Assembly (NCBI GenBank): GCA_013239625.1
Contig: MU054187.1
Span: forward strand, 808,001-872,000
Direction of reading: 5' to 3'
Source: Lama guanicoe
Lineage: Eukaryota
DNA: 64,000 nt
Shown here: positions 1-11,050 of the stretch, one piece after another
Layout: each line of letters opens with the position of its first letter
Position numbering within the stretch: the stretch's first letter is position 1
Notes under the pieces: generated by a model
Told to the model about the DNA's origin: nothing
Seen by the model: only the letters and a program-made list of their open reading frames with translations
The model's database searches: none
Made by a program: the position numbers and the translations under genes

Positions 1-3000
1 TGGCTGTGAGGCTGGACTGGTTCTTAATGATGAGGGAAGAGAGCTCTAAAGAAGTTCTCTGAAGGGAGCCCTTCACCTCTAACGCGGTTCCAGGTTCTGT
101 AACCCAACTCCAGTGGACACATCCCCGGAGACCTGCCAAGAGAGGCTGCAAATAGTTCATGATCTTTCCCGGACTCTCATGTGCAACTGGAGATGAACTT
201 AAAAGTAAAAGGAGAGCGCCGGCTGGGTTAAACTGTGACAAGGGCCACAGTGTGTCATGTTTTCAAATACACACACCAACTTGAGGATTCTTATGTATAA
301 AACCTTGAAGGATATTTAAAATTTAACGACCCTGTTCTCACAAGGAAAGATAAAGGCCTAGGAGAAATGTATGCTGTCTTGCTCGCCGAGCACAAAATCC
401 AGACCGAGACGGACCGGCTCCTGCATCTCATTAGCCCTTCTTTACCAGCAGGTACGAGTGAAAACAGTACACCGTGGGGAGCAAACACAAGGAAACTCGA
501 CTTGGTTCATATGATTAACTCAAAGCACAGTTAAACCTGGAACCCACCTCTGATTTCCAATTTTTAGTCCTGAAATCTGCACTACATTTCTTCCCAATTC
601 TATGAAATAGAAATGGTCTTACTAACAAAGATGAACAATTTATAATTCAACGGTATATTATGCACCGTAGATTACAGTTTGTGACTCTATGATGCATTAT
701 TCAAATTCTGTGCTTAGACGTGCCCTGTTGCCGGAGGGTCCTCGCTGGAAACACGTGGAGGCAAAGGCGGTGGCAGGACCCCGAGGGAGGTACCTATCAA
801 TGCGTGCCCGTCTTGGAAACCAACAGGTGAAGAGCAGCTTGCTGGAGGGATTTCGTCAGCCTGACCGAGCAGGTTAGACGTACGTTCCCAGAGAAACGTG
901 TTTTAATTAGAGCTTAAAGCAGCCTGAGCCCTCGTCTGACGGGGGCCCTAGGCTGACGGGGGTTGAAGCACCTTCCTTCCCTCGGCTTGATGCTTTCCGG
1001 CCAGCATGCCACCTACCACGGGGCAGCTGAAAAGTTGCGTCAGCTAGAACAGTTTTGTGCTTTCATCGTGTGGGAAGGGGCCAGGAAAGAAATACATGTT
1101 TCAGTGTAACAAAGAGCCTTGAAGGAATCTAACTTCCGAAGCCTCCTTGCTCCGTGGGTCCCTGGGCTCTGTGCTGAGACCCCCTGACAAGGGGTCTTCA
1201 CTCTGAGCACCGGTGATGTGATGATCCCCACCCCCTGGACAGCAGATAGCCTCAGGGGTGTCCCTCCACCCCTCGCCCTGCTGGAAATACTGCGTCGCAC
1301 AGTCGTCGAGATGGTGCTGCCGGACAGCTGCTCCCAGGGCCCCTCAGAACCAGACACGCCCAGGAGCCCAGCGTCGGCCGCTCCCACTCTGAGTTGCATG
1401 AAGACATGCAGGCTTCACAGACTCCTGCTCTGTCCCACTGTGACTCCTCACTCCCCCGGTGCAGTTACTACCTGACCCCAGGTCCAGGTGCTGGGGACTG
1501 GCGGGGATGATAAAATAGAAGGAAAGACAAACACGTTTGGCCCTAAATAAAGTGTGGACGAGGGGCGGTGGCTGGTCAGAAATGGGGCCTGGGCAGGAAT
1601 TATGAAAACGTCAGAACATCTGCACCCACTCACCAATAATCTAAAGTGAGTGTGGATTCGGGAATGGAGTCCAGATTTTTCCTTTGGGTTCACATCAGAG
1701 GTGCACACACAGAAGACAGTGCTGTGTGTGAGGCAATTCTGTTTTCAGCAGATTTTTTTTTTCTGGTATTGCAGTAATATCCTTAGATTGCAGGTCAAAC
1801 TATTGTTTTACAAACATCTACCATATCAGCACATGTAATTCTACATGTCTTTTGTTTTTGTGACTGAGTGCCTGTGTTTAAACACATAGAAACGTAATGC
1901 TCTAGAAAAGCATTTTGACTCACATAACATTAATTGCTTGTGCCTTTCCATAGTTAACTATTCATAAATTACCTTGAACTACCGATCTCGATTACATAAA
2001 ACTATTTTATGATGTTAAAATGGATTTGCAATACAAGCGAGTTTCCTATGCCTTCTGGCACCAGCTTGGGAAAATTCTGCCAAAAGTACATTTCCCTCCT
2101 TCCTATCTTGTGATGAAACTCACCAAGATAGATTGCTTTCCCTGGGCTGGAGTTCAAAATCCATTTGAGCTTTGGATCATCTGATAGTAGTTAATGGTTC
2201 ATCTAAAAATTCAACAAAGTTTATTTCCATAAGAGAGAGAGAGAAAAAAAACAGATGGGAAGTGAAAAAACACTGTATTTGAAAACTATATGGTCAATTA
2301 GGCATAAAAATTGAAAAGTACCATAAGATAAACACCACTGTTAAAACTTTTCTCTTCTTTTATGGGTAAGTCTCAAGTTTAAAATTTGTATTCCAAGTAA
2401 ATAGTGTAAAAGCTAATGCTTTCAACGTGTTGGGTTGATGTGTGCTCTTTGATAATCACCACTGGGTGATTCAAATTGCATCTTGTGTCTCTGCCTGTAA
2501 AGCTCATTGCGTCTCTGGTTTTAATTCTGAAACAGAACAGCTGGTTGAAAACAGAGAGATACAAAGAGACACACACCTTCTGGTCACTTAGCAAAGAGCT
2601 AGTGCTCTGATGCTCACATTAGGCCACCCAGAACCTAGGGCAAAAGAAAAGCTTTAGTGCTGGCAGGAAGGTAAAAGCCAAGGTCTTCCGAGAAGATCCG
2701 ACAGTGGTGAGTCTGCGCGCCACGCGCACAGATGCAGAGTGTGCGGGGCTGAAATGAGTGGGATTAGGTGACGCGGTCCTGCTAGAAGGAGGTAGAACAG
2801 GGTAACGCGTTGTACGCGTGCAGGCTACTGTTTAACAAAGTTAAGTAACATGATCACAGACGCATGAAACAACGTGTGCAGGAGATAAAGAATTTTACTC
2901 TTCTCAGCACACAGAGAGCCACTTGCAAAGATTATTTCAAAAATGAATAAAAACAAAACCTTTTCTCTCAACAATAGAGTGGATTTAGAAATCATTAATT

Positions 3001-3004
3001 AAAA

Positions 3005-3125
3005 GCTAATTTTGCTAACCACTATATATAAAATAGACAACAAGGCCCTGCTGCAGAACACAGGGAACTGTATTCAATATCTTGTCATAGCCTGTGGTGA
3101 AAAACAGTATGAGAAGAAATTTGTC
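3005..3125 (+). mobile_element. Short L1 3'UTR fragment (cetartiodactyl type)
   Basis: ctatatataaaatagacaacaag...cacagggaactgtattcaatatcttgtcatagcctgtggtgaaaaa, similar to other L1 3'UTR copies in the window. Confidence 0.7.
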
Positions 3126-3439
3126 CGTATGCCGCATCACCATGTCTGTGATCACGTCCAGCCCCCGCTGGCCAGCAGCCAGTCTGTGGTTCCCCCGCAG
3201 AACTCGGCACGGTGGTCCTGTCGATGCTGAGAGGACCCATGGCTCTCACCCCGTCCCTGAAAAGGCAATACCACGTCTGGGCCGCGCCCGCCCCCACCCC
3301 GGCACCCAAGCCCCACTGGGCAGGTTGACACGGTCAAGGGCAGGCAGGCAGAGGGTGTCCAACCCCGCCTGGGGTGGCCCCATGCCCAGCTGTGCCTGTT
3401 CCCAGCTCAGGTTTCAGGCCTCCGGACAGAAGGTATGCT

Positions 3440-3576
3440 GGGGTCCAGACCCGCTCAGTCCCCGCAGGGCAGCCAGCCTGTCCCGGGCACTGCCGGTCAG
3501 CTCGGCCAGCGCCTGTGGCTGGAGGATGCTTTAGAACCAGGTTTACCGTCAGGAACGAACTGGAGAAAGCACGCAG
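3440..3576 (+). other. PPDPFL: Probable non-coding first exon of PPDPFL (5' boundary unknown)
   Basis: Strong donor CAG|gtgagc at 3576/3577, 302 nt upstream of the acceptor of the ATG-bearing exon (cttctcag|G at 3878/3879). The start coordinate is a guess. Confidence 0.5.
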
Positions 3577-3918
3577 GTGAGCGGTGGGCGGGCTGTGTTC
3601 ACGCTGCTCTCACCTCTGTGTCTGTTCCGGGCACAGTGACTTGTGGGCACTGTTAGTAGACGGATCTGTGTCTTTTGCTTTTCCAAGCAGATGACGCAGT
3701 CATTGTGTGTTTTGTTGCTGCAGTGTGTCTGATTACAGTTCTGTGTCAACACTTCAGTTCTCTGAATCAGATTTTTATTACCTTACCATGTTGCTTTGCA
3801 AAAAATACTCATATGGAAAAAGAGAAAGAAACTCCATGTGATTAATTTCAGCGTCTCTTTCCCGTCCCTGCTTCTCAGGCTGCTCGTCGCCGTCCAGCTG
3901 GCCCCGGCTTGGGGAGCA

Positions 3919-3973
3919 ATGGCATCGGTGCCTTCCATTGGTTGCCTCCTGGCCAGAAATCAGTATTATCGAA
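3919..3973 (+). CDS. PPDPFL: PPDPFL first coding exon (exon spans 3879-3973), [18 protein letters not shown]
   Basis: Polypyrimidine acceptor at 3878, Kozak gcaATGG at 3919, donor A|gtaagt at 3973/3974. PPDPF-family N-terminus. Confidence 0.95.
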
Positions 3974-5687
3974 GTAAGTGGTGCCATCACAGAGGCCGTC
4001 CCTAGGGAATATGGTTTGAGGTGACGTTTGTGGGGTGTTGTTAACCCACGTATGGCGTCCTGGTCAGAACTTGAGGGAGAAGAGTGCCTGTGACCTGTGA
4101 CAGTGAGGAAAGAGGGGTGGGCGTCACCCGAGGCAGGTCTGAGTGAGCACTGTCCAGCCCCTTCTCCAGTCTTAACCGGGCTGTACTGCTCTGACGAAAC
4201 CATCAGCACGGAAATAAGGAAAATGAGCCTGTATTTCATAATGATGTTTTGTTTCATGTACCTCGCATGTAGCAGGATACACTAAAAACTGATGATCTTA
4301 CATAAACCAAATATCCACTTCTTAGATAAGCGCAGCATGGTTCTGCTCTCAGGGTTTTCTCATTTCCACTTTCTGCCATGGGTAGTAGCTTCTGTCTGGC
4401 CAGATTTATTTTTATTTATCTATCCATCTGTGAATATTTATAGCGGAAGAGAAAATCGTGGCTTCTTAAAGAAAATTCACAATTTTCGTAAAATGAAACA
4501 ATCATTTCAGGACCAAATGATTGTTTGCCGAAAGTCTGCCAGCATGGAGAGAACGCTTACCTCAAGGGTGGTTTGTGGATAAGAACTGGAAACATTTATT
4601 GACTTACTTTTTTTTACAAAAAGGCTAAACTATGCTCGCTTACTTGTTATCACACCCACAGGGGTCATTTCTATATTCTGATCTTTTAGAAGACTTGTAA
4701 GTTTAAAATATAAGGATAAGATAAATTAAATATTTATTCTTTTAAAATAACTCCTTTGTTTCTAAACTTGATAACTTTGCAGGACACGTAAACACATGCA
4801 CAGTAATTACCTGGTGCAGCAGCGTTCATTCTTCGCTTCGTGCTTCCTAAGACTCTGCATCTGATAACATCTACAGTACATTTTAGATTCTGTGTTTATA
4901 TCTGTGGAGAGCTGCTCACCCCAGAGAAGAATATTCCTTATTAACAGAACATGTAATATGTGTTGTTCTTCCATTGGCTAACAATTTAATCAGATTTTCA
5001 GTCCACAATCCAGGGCGAAACGACCTGAACCGCGCCGCTCGGCAGTTCGTGCGAGGCCGTCCGCGTGCCTGTTACTTACTCGTTTGCTGTCGTTTGCTTC
5101 TCACAGAGGCCAGCGTTTCTTCAGCTGCCTCCTTAGCTGCCTCTGAGTCTGTGAGCTTCACAGATGATGACAAGGCCCAGCAAGGTATTTCGTTTATTTT
5201 TTATCAGCATCACCGTCTTAGCTCCCTTCGTTTTTATCTCTCAAGTGTGTCTGGTGAGGGAGTGACAGGAGCTTCATCTGACAGGGCAGCCTGAGGTGGC
5301 AGGACCCACGCAGTGGCTCTGGTCCTTTTTCCAACCCGAGTCTGTGCAGCCGGACGTGGAGCGAGAAGACCCGGCCGCGGGTGAGCTCGAGGCTTTTCTG
5401 AGAAGGACGGTTCCTTCTCAGAGTGAAGCAGCGCGCGTCGTAACTACCGCGGCAGCCGGCGCGGGGAAGGCAAAGCTGCTCCCGGGAGGGGGTGACGGCC
5501 CTGGGGCAGAGGCGTGAAAAGTCTGCCACCCAGTTGCCGTCAGTCAGATCTGAGCGCTGTTCTAATTCTAATGCTAAAGAGAATCTGAAAGTCATACGTG
5601 AATGTTTACCATGGTTTAGGTGGAATGGATTCAGAATTGAGGCGAGTTTCTAAATTTGTTTTTCCATTGCCTTCAGAGAGCAAGTAG
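3919..5687 (+). CDS. PPDPFL: Pancreatic progenitor cell differentiation and proliferation factor-like protein, spliced CDS join(3919..3973,5107..5184,5285..5380, probably 5677..5687), ~79 aa
   Basis: Spliced translation [76 protein letters not shown] matches the recalled human PPDPFL/C8orf22 ([24 protein letters not shown]...[23 protein letters not shown]...). All introns are GT-AG and phase 1. Confidence 0.93.
5107..5184 (+). CDS. PPDPFL: PPDPFL coding exon, (K)[25 protein letters not shown](G)
   Basis: Acceptor tttgcttctcacag| at 5106, donor CAAG|gtattt at 5184; 78 nt, phase 1-1. Ser-rich segment of the family. Confidence 0.93.
5285..5380 (+). CDS. PPDPFL: PPDPFL coding exon, (G)[31 protein letters not shown]
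   Basis: Acceptor catctgacag| at 5284 after a 100-nt intron, donor G|gtgagc at 5380/5381. Carries the W..SFF motif of the family. Confidence 0.9.
5677..5687 (+). CDS. PPDPFL: Candidate terminal coding exon of PPDPFL, (E)SK-stop
   Basis: Best nearby acceptor (ttgtttttccattgccttcag| at 5676) gives an in-phase stop TAG at 5685-5687; AATAAA at ~5882 and ~5916. Not confirmed by homology. Confidence 0.45.
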
Positions 5688-5689
5688 CA

Positions 5690-6200
5690 GTGCTCTACTG
5701 CAGTAAAGGAGTCGCAGCTCCTTGGAGACATGGCTGATTCCAGGACGGGGAAGAAACGGTAGAAGATGAGCCTGGACAGTTTCATGGTGCAAAAGAGACA
5801 GAAATGCTCAGACAATGGTGGGGACACGTCAAAATAACACAGGAACAAATTGGACAAATCTGGGACCATGCTAGCGATGAAATAAATAACGATAATAATG
5901 GGTAACTGCCCACAGAATAAAGAGCCCATCAATCCGTACGAGTGTAAGTGAATAACTGAATGAGCAGATAAACGAGAGGAGAAGGCTCTCTCCTGCAGCA
6001 GAATTCTAGTTAGTACTAGAGGTGACAGAGACGGGGGCACTGCCGCCTCACAAACCTCACGGCAACCACCGTTCCAGCAAGACGCGCCAACGGACGCTGA
6101 ACTCAACGGGCAAAGCACGAGAACAGGACGTCACCTGGTCTCAGGAGACATGCTTACGAATTACCGAGGGGAACACGGTGCCTTTCTGGCGGAAAAACCT
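5690..6200 (+). mobile_element. Ancient L1MC/L1MD-type 3' region fragment
   Basis: ctccttggagacatggctgattccagg...gatgagcctgg...ggggacacgtcaaaa...caaatctgggacc...aaataaataacgataataatgg resembles the recalled L1MC3/L1MD3 3'UTR. Confidence 0.65.
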
Positions 6201-6616
6201 GTCAGACACCACCTCAGCAGAAACCAGGAAGCAGGCAGAGACCAGCGACCCCCCCCCAACCCCGGTCGCTGGTCGTCCCAGATGCCCACTCAGTCCCACG
6301 GCCGGTCCGCCCGGCCCCTGTCTGGGTCCAGCTACCAGAGGGAAGTGGACCTGCGGGGCTTGTGCCGAGCAGCTTTGAGCTCTGCCACACGAGGGCTATC
6401 CCACGGCTGTAACACAGTGCTTGTGCTACGTTTTAGACACCTCACTAAGGACTAGCTACTACACGGATTAAAGAGTAGGTGACCACACAGTCCGAGATTC
6501 TAACGTTCAGGCAAAGGGTTGTGACAAGTTTTCCACACGTGACGGACATAAAATAGAGTCAACTGACAATAATACTTGCTAAATCCGAAGTAAGGCCAAT
6601 TGTCGAAAGATACATT

Positions 6617-6749
6617 CTTTTTAAAAAAATACGTATTTTTAATTTTTAAATTATTATTTTTTAAAAGAGGTATTGAGGGTTGAACCCAGGACCTCGCTCC
6701 ACCATGCGCCCCACCACGTGCTCCACCACGCGCTCCACCCTCCCTTCGG
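6617..6749 (-). mobile_element. tRNA-derived SINE (camelid vic-1-like)
   Basis: Minus strand reads gggaggg...gaggtcctgggttcaaccctcaatacctc plus an A-rich tail. TSD gaaagatacatt (6605-6616) / gaaagatgtatt (6750-6761). Confidence 0.8.
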
Positions 6750-7479
6750 GAAAGATGTATTGTTTACTGTCTGTATATTGATCTGAATTCTCTAGGCAAG
6801 TGTTTCATTTATTTTTCCACTTTACTTTGACTGTGAAGACAACCTCACTTATGAATAAGCGTTTCTCAGCACATCATCTTTGTCTTGCAATTCGGGCGTT
6901 GTTGTAACGGGGGCTCTTTCGTGCAGCGCTGACAGTTGATGTGACAACCCAGAAGGTCACCCCGAGAGGTGCTTGTGGGACCCACACCCATGCCTGTTCC
7001 CGATAGGAAGCGGCCCCTCCTTGGGAAGACACATCATAGGGGACAGGTCGCCACCACCCTCATGGCGAAGCTCAGGCTGTCTCCTCTGCACTGAGACTCT
7101 CCCCGCCACCGCCCTGCTCCCTGGGGAATGACGGCCAAGCCTTTGAAACTGTGCGCCTTCCAGCTGCAGTGGTTGATGTGATGTAGTCTTTTCATTCCCC
7201 AAATTATTTTTCAAAAGTTGTTTTTTTAATTTTCAAAATATTTAAGTTCTGCTCTCTTTCTGTCTGTTGAGTGATTTATTATGGCTTAGAACTGAAGCAC
7301 GGGTGCTTAACACAATGGTTTTAAGGGCATTGGGTTCAGAAGTCTCTAGAAGAGTCAAAAATTGTATTTCTGATCATGAACATTGGAAATGGGAACCATG
7401 CCTACAAGCACATGACACACCAAACACACTGCTGTGCACACAGCCCGCTGGCCGTGGGGCAGACGCACACATTCATGGT

Positions 7480-7760
7480 TTGGAATAATCTTTAACAACA
7501 TGCAAAATCACGATGAGACAGAGGTGAGTGAAAAAAGGCAGGGGAATTTATGTGTGGTGTGATCTGAGGTGTATTAAGAAAGCATCGTGTGTAAGATCAG
7601 ATTGGAAGGAGATGTACCAACATGGACCCATGGCTACTTCTGGAGATGGGATTTTGGGTGATTTTCATTTCCTTCTTTCTGTTTTCCCCATATCTTTTTC
7701 AATTTTCTAATATGAACACATTTTGTGTATAATTAGCAAGTAATAAATGTTTTTTAAAGT
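7480..7760 (+). mobile_element. Ancient L1ME-like 3' end
   Basis: gggattttgggtgattttcatttcc...caattttctaatatgaacac...aataaatgtttttt, typical of old L1M 3' termini. Confidence 0.55.
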
Positions 7761-9489
7761 TGAAGTATAGCTGGTTTACAAGGTCATCCCGAATAGGAGG
7801 ACTGGAATGCGTTTTTCCAAGGTGACCGTTCCCTGCGGCGGGTAGGAGAGTCCCTGCTCTCCTCCGTGTTGGGAAGACAAGGCTCAGTGAGTTCCAGCTG
7901 AAAAGCTTCTGTGTGCTGTTGCCAGTGTTTTTCAGTGTAAGACGTGAGGCTGAGAAATTCGGGTGCTGAGCTCGCTCAGAGGTGGCTGTCCCTGCAGAGC
8001 GAGCACGCGGGATCATCACTGACACTGCCTTCCCGCCCGACCACAGGACCAGGCGCCACGTCAGGACTGGCCAGTCCCCCTGCTGGACGCTCCTGGCCTG
8101 TCCTTCACCGCCCTTTCCAAACAGGACGTGCATTCCTTCAAGGCCAAGTTCCCGCATCCCTGTGGGTCAACAGCAGACTCAGACCCCCCTTGCCCAGCAG
8201 CACGTCACTGTGAGGTGTCACCGCTTCCCTGGTGCTCGTTTCATCTGCGCTTTCTACATCTTCGTGGAGGCCGATTAAGTTCTTGGACTACACATTTCAC
8301 TTGGCTTTAGTCTAAAGGCAAATTACAATGAGGGAAGAATCCTAATTTTTCTAAAGTGAAAGAAAAATATGGAGAAACAAAATGGCGAATTGTGGGAGGT
8401 TTTGCTTTTAAGATGATTGACAAATTCCTTTTTTCTTAACCACCTGATACATGTGTGAGCAGACTGCTTGTGAGTTTCTTTGACGGGTTTCCCCAAACCG
8501 ATCATCAAGCTGGTATTTGCTTTGTTCACTCAGAAAGCTGCTACTTGTTAAATTCAGTTTTTCCCATGTGCTTGTAGTATTTCGAATGTGTCAAAAATTA
8601 TTGCTTGTATAAGAGTTTAGTGTTACTATTACTGAAAGTTATTATTGCTTAAAATAGTTGAATTTTACATAAGACTTAAAATATAACATATTACTATGAG
8701 TATATATAGTTATCAAGAATTTTAGAGTGGGTAGTACACCTGCATATGTGTATACGTGAGGACATGCAGATAGATGACAGACGGACAGACAGATACAGAC
8801 CCTGAAAAAAATATAAGGAATTTTTCCAAAAAATAATGTTAAAGTGAACTCTTATATAATGAATAGAAAATTGAAAGGATTCCTCTGTGCTCTTCTAGAG
8901 TTTCTACAGAATTATGGTAACAGAAATAAAGGGAAAAATGTCTTCTGGGTGGATTCCAGTTAACTGCTTCTACTGTAATTCTCCTACAGCTCAGACACTT
9001 TGAGGCTGGCTTTAAGAAGCACCTCAGGTCCCAACATAACCGCGGTCTTAGTTGGAGTATCTCCTGTGAGGCTTTGCTGCTGGTTGGGTGGATGACAAGC
9101 AGTGGCGTCCACCGGCGGCACGGGCTGCGGTGACTCCGGGTGGCTGGAGGTGCGCTGTGGTCCGGGCACCACGCTATGAGATGCTGTTTGCCTTGGCCTG
9201 GATGTTGGTATTCAGTGCAATAAGGTTTGGCAATTCCTCCCCAGGTTCTGTGACATTGCATGTTGAGATTCTACTAATTGTTTTGAGATGCAGTTTTGAT
9301 AGCACATTCCCAGTGACTGGCCCCTCAGCCTTTACACATAAAACCACCAACAGCCACTCCTCCAGTTCTCATCAGAGCAAGAGTCCTCTGGCTGGAATGC
9401 AGGCCTGATTGGTGCTCCATACACTTTGTAGAAGTTAGAGCTCTAGGAAACAGAATTGCAGAATTCCATTTGGCCATTAGAGAGTCGTG

Positions 9490-11050
9490 ATGAACACTTG
9501 CTCAGCTTGAATAGAGCCCAACTTCTGACTCACAGAAAGTCAAGAAATGTGAAGAGTGATCATTTATCCAACCCCTCAATGACATCCTGTGATACCTCGG
9601 AGTTTCTCCTTTCTCAGTCGTGGCAACACTGCTCGTCCACTCAGACACGTAGCCCGTGATCTTTGATAGCTTCTCTTGTGGCCAATCTGACCCCAAGTCT
9701 CCGATTTTATCTTGTCTGTTTCTTAGATTTTCTTAATTTCCTTTCCCACCATCACTACCTGAATCCAAACATTCTTTTTTGTTTTTTAATTGAAGCACAG
9801 TTGACAATGCTGAGTCCCTTTCTGGTGCACAGCATCATGTTTCAGTCATACATATACATACATACATTTTTTCATGTTCTTTTTCAATATCGATTACTAC
9901 AAGATACTGAATTTAGTTCCCTCTGCTATGCAGTAGAAACTTGTTTATCTATTTTGTATGTAGTAGTCAGTATCTGCAAATCTTGAACTCCCAGCTTATC
10001 CCTTCCCATCCCTTTTCTCCTCTGGTAACCATAAGTGTGTTTTCTATGTCTGTGAGTCTGCTTCTGTTTTGTAAATAAGTTCATTTGTGTGTGTATATGC
10101 TTAAGGTTCTACATATAAGTGATATCATACAGTATTTTTCTTTCTCTTTCTGGCTTAGTGTACTTGGAATGATAATCTCCAGGATCATTCATGTTGCAGC
10201 AGATAGCATTATTTCAGTCTTTTTTATGGCTGAATAGTATTCCATTGTGAATATGCGTGTGTATGTGTATATATATATATCTATCACATCTTCTTTACCC
10301 AATCATTTGTCGATGGACATGTAGGTTGCTTCCAGGTCTTGGCTATTGTAAATAGCGCTGCTGTGAACATTGGAGTGCACGTATCTTTTCGAACTAGAGT
10401 TCCCTGAAGCCAAACTTTCATCATCTCCCCTGAGGGCACTGCCAGGACATCCTGTGTGGCCTACCCACACCCTTTCTAAATCTTCCCAACAGAGGGACCA
10501 TCTTCTGTAGATCAGTCACAATCATCTTCACAAAACACAGACCTGGTAACACTCCCCTGTGAACACACTCACATCCCCACATTTTCAATGATGCTATTAG
10601 GCTCAGGATAAAGTCACAACTGGCAACCCCCCCGCCCCGTGTTGTAACCCACGCAGATTTGCATGGAGTGTTCTTGCCTCCCGCGCCCCCCGCGCCCCCC
10701 GCTCCAGGTTCCAGGACATCTTTCTGTCCTCCCGAGGCACCCTCTGCCCTCCCGCCCCCGGGCGCCCACAGGCTGCTCATCTCCCTTCCGTTAATATTCC
10801 TGTCTACTCATCTTTTCAGTCTCAGCTCTAAGTCTCTTCTTCTGCGAAGCCTTCTCCATCTACGTAACTAAACGAGGTTTTCCTCGACAGGCTCGGCCAG
10901 CCCGTCTTTCTCCCGCTGCCGGCGCTCAGCGGCCCCGGCGCCACGCGGGTCCCGCGTTCCTCTCCCCTCCGCGACGGCAGCCATGGCGGCCGAGGGCCAC
11001 GGCGTCTCCGGCCGGCAGTCCCGCAGGCCCCCGGGGGCTGAGCGGCGCTG
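9490..11050 (+). mobile_element. L2 element, split by an L1 insertion (9775-10402); 3' part runs into the CpG island
   Basis: L2-like blocks: ctgtagatcagtcacaatcatcttcacaaaacacagacctggtaacactcccctg, ggctcaggataaagtcacaact, ctcatcttttcagtctcagctctaagtctcttcttctgcgaagccttctcc. Confidence 0.65.
9775..10402 (-). mobile_element. 5'-truncated L1 (ORF2 end plus 3'UTR)
   Basis: Poly-T then reverse L1 3'UTR and ORF2 end. 17-bp TSD cctgaatccaaacattc (9758-9774) / cctgaagccaaactttc (10403-10419), 2 mismatches. Confidence 0.9.

Noticed and set aside
311..451. Possible phase 1-1 exon (YLKFNDPVLTRKDKGLGEMYAVLLAEHKIQ...) with donor CAG|gtacga
   Set aside because: The acceptor lacks a polypyrimidine tract, there is no recognisable homology, and no partner exon is needed because PPDPFL has its own ATG.
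5218..5595. 125-aa minus-strand ORF
   Set aside because: Antisense to PPDPFL exon/intron sequence; no recognisable protein.
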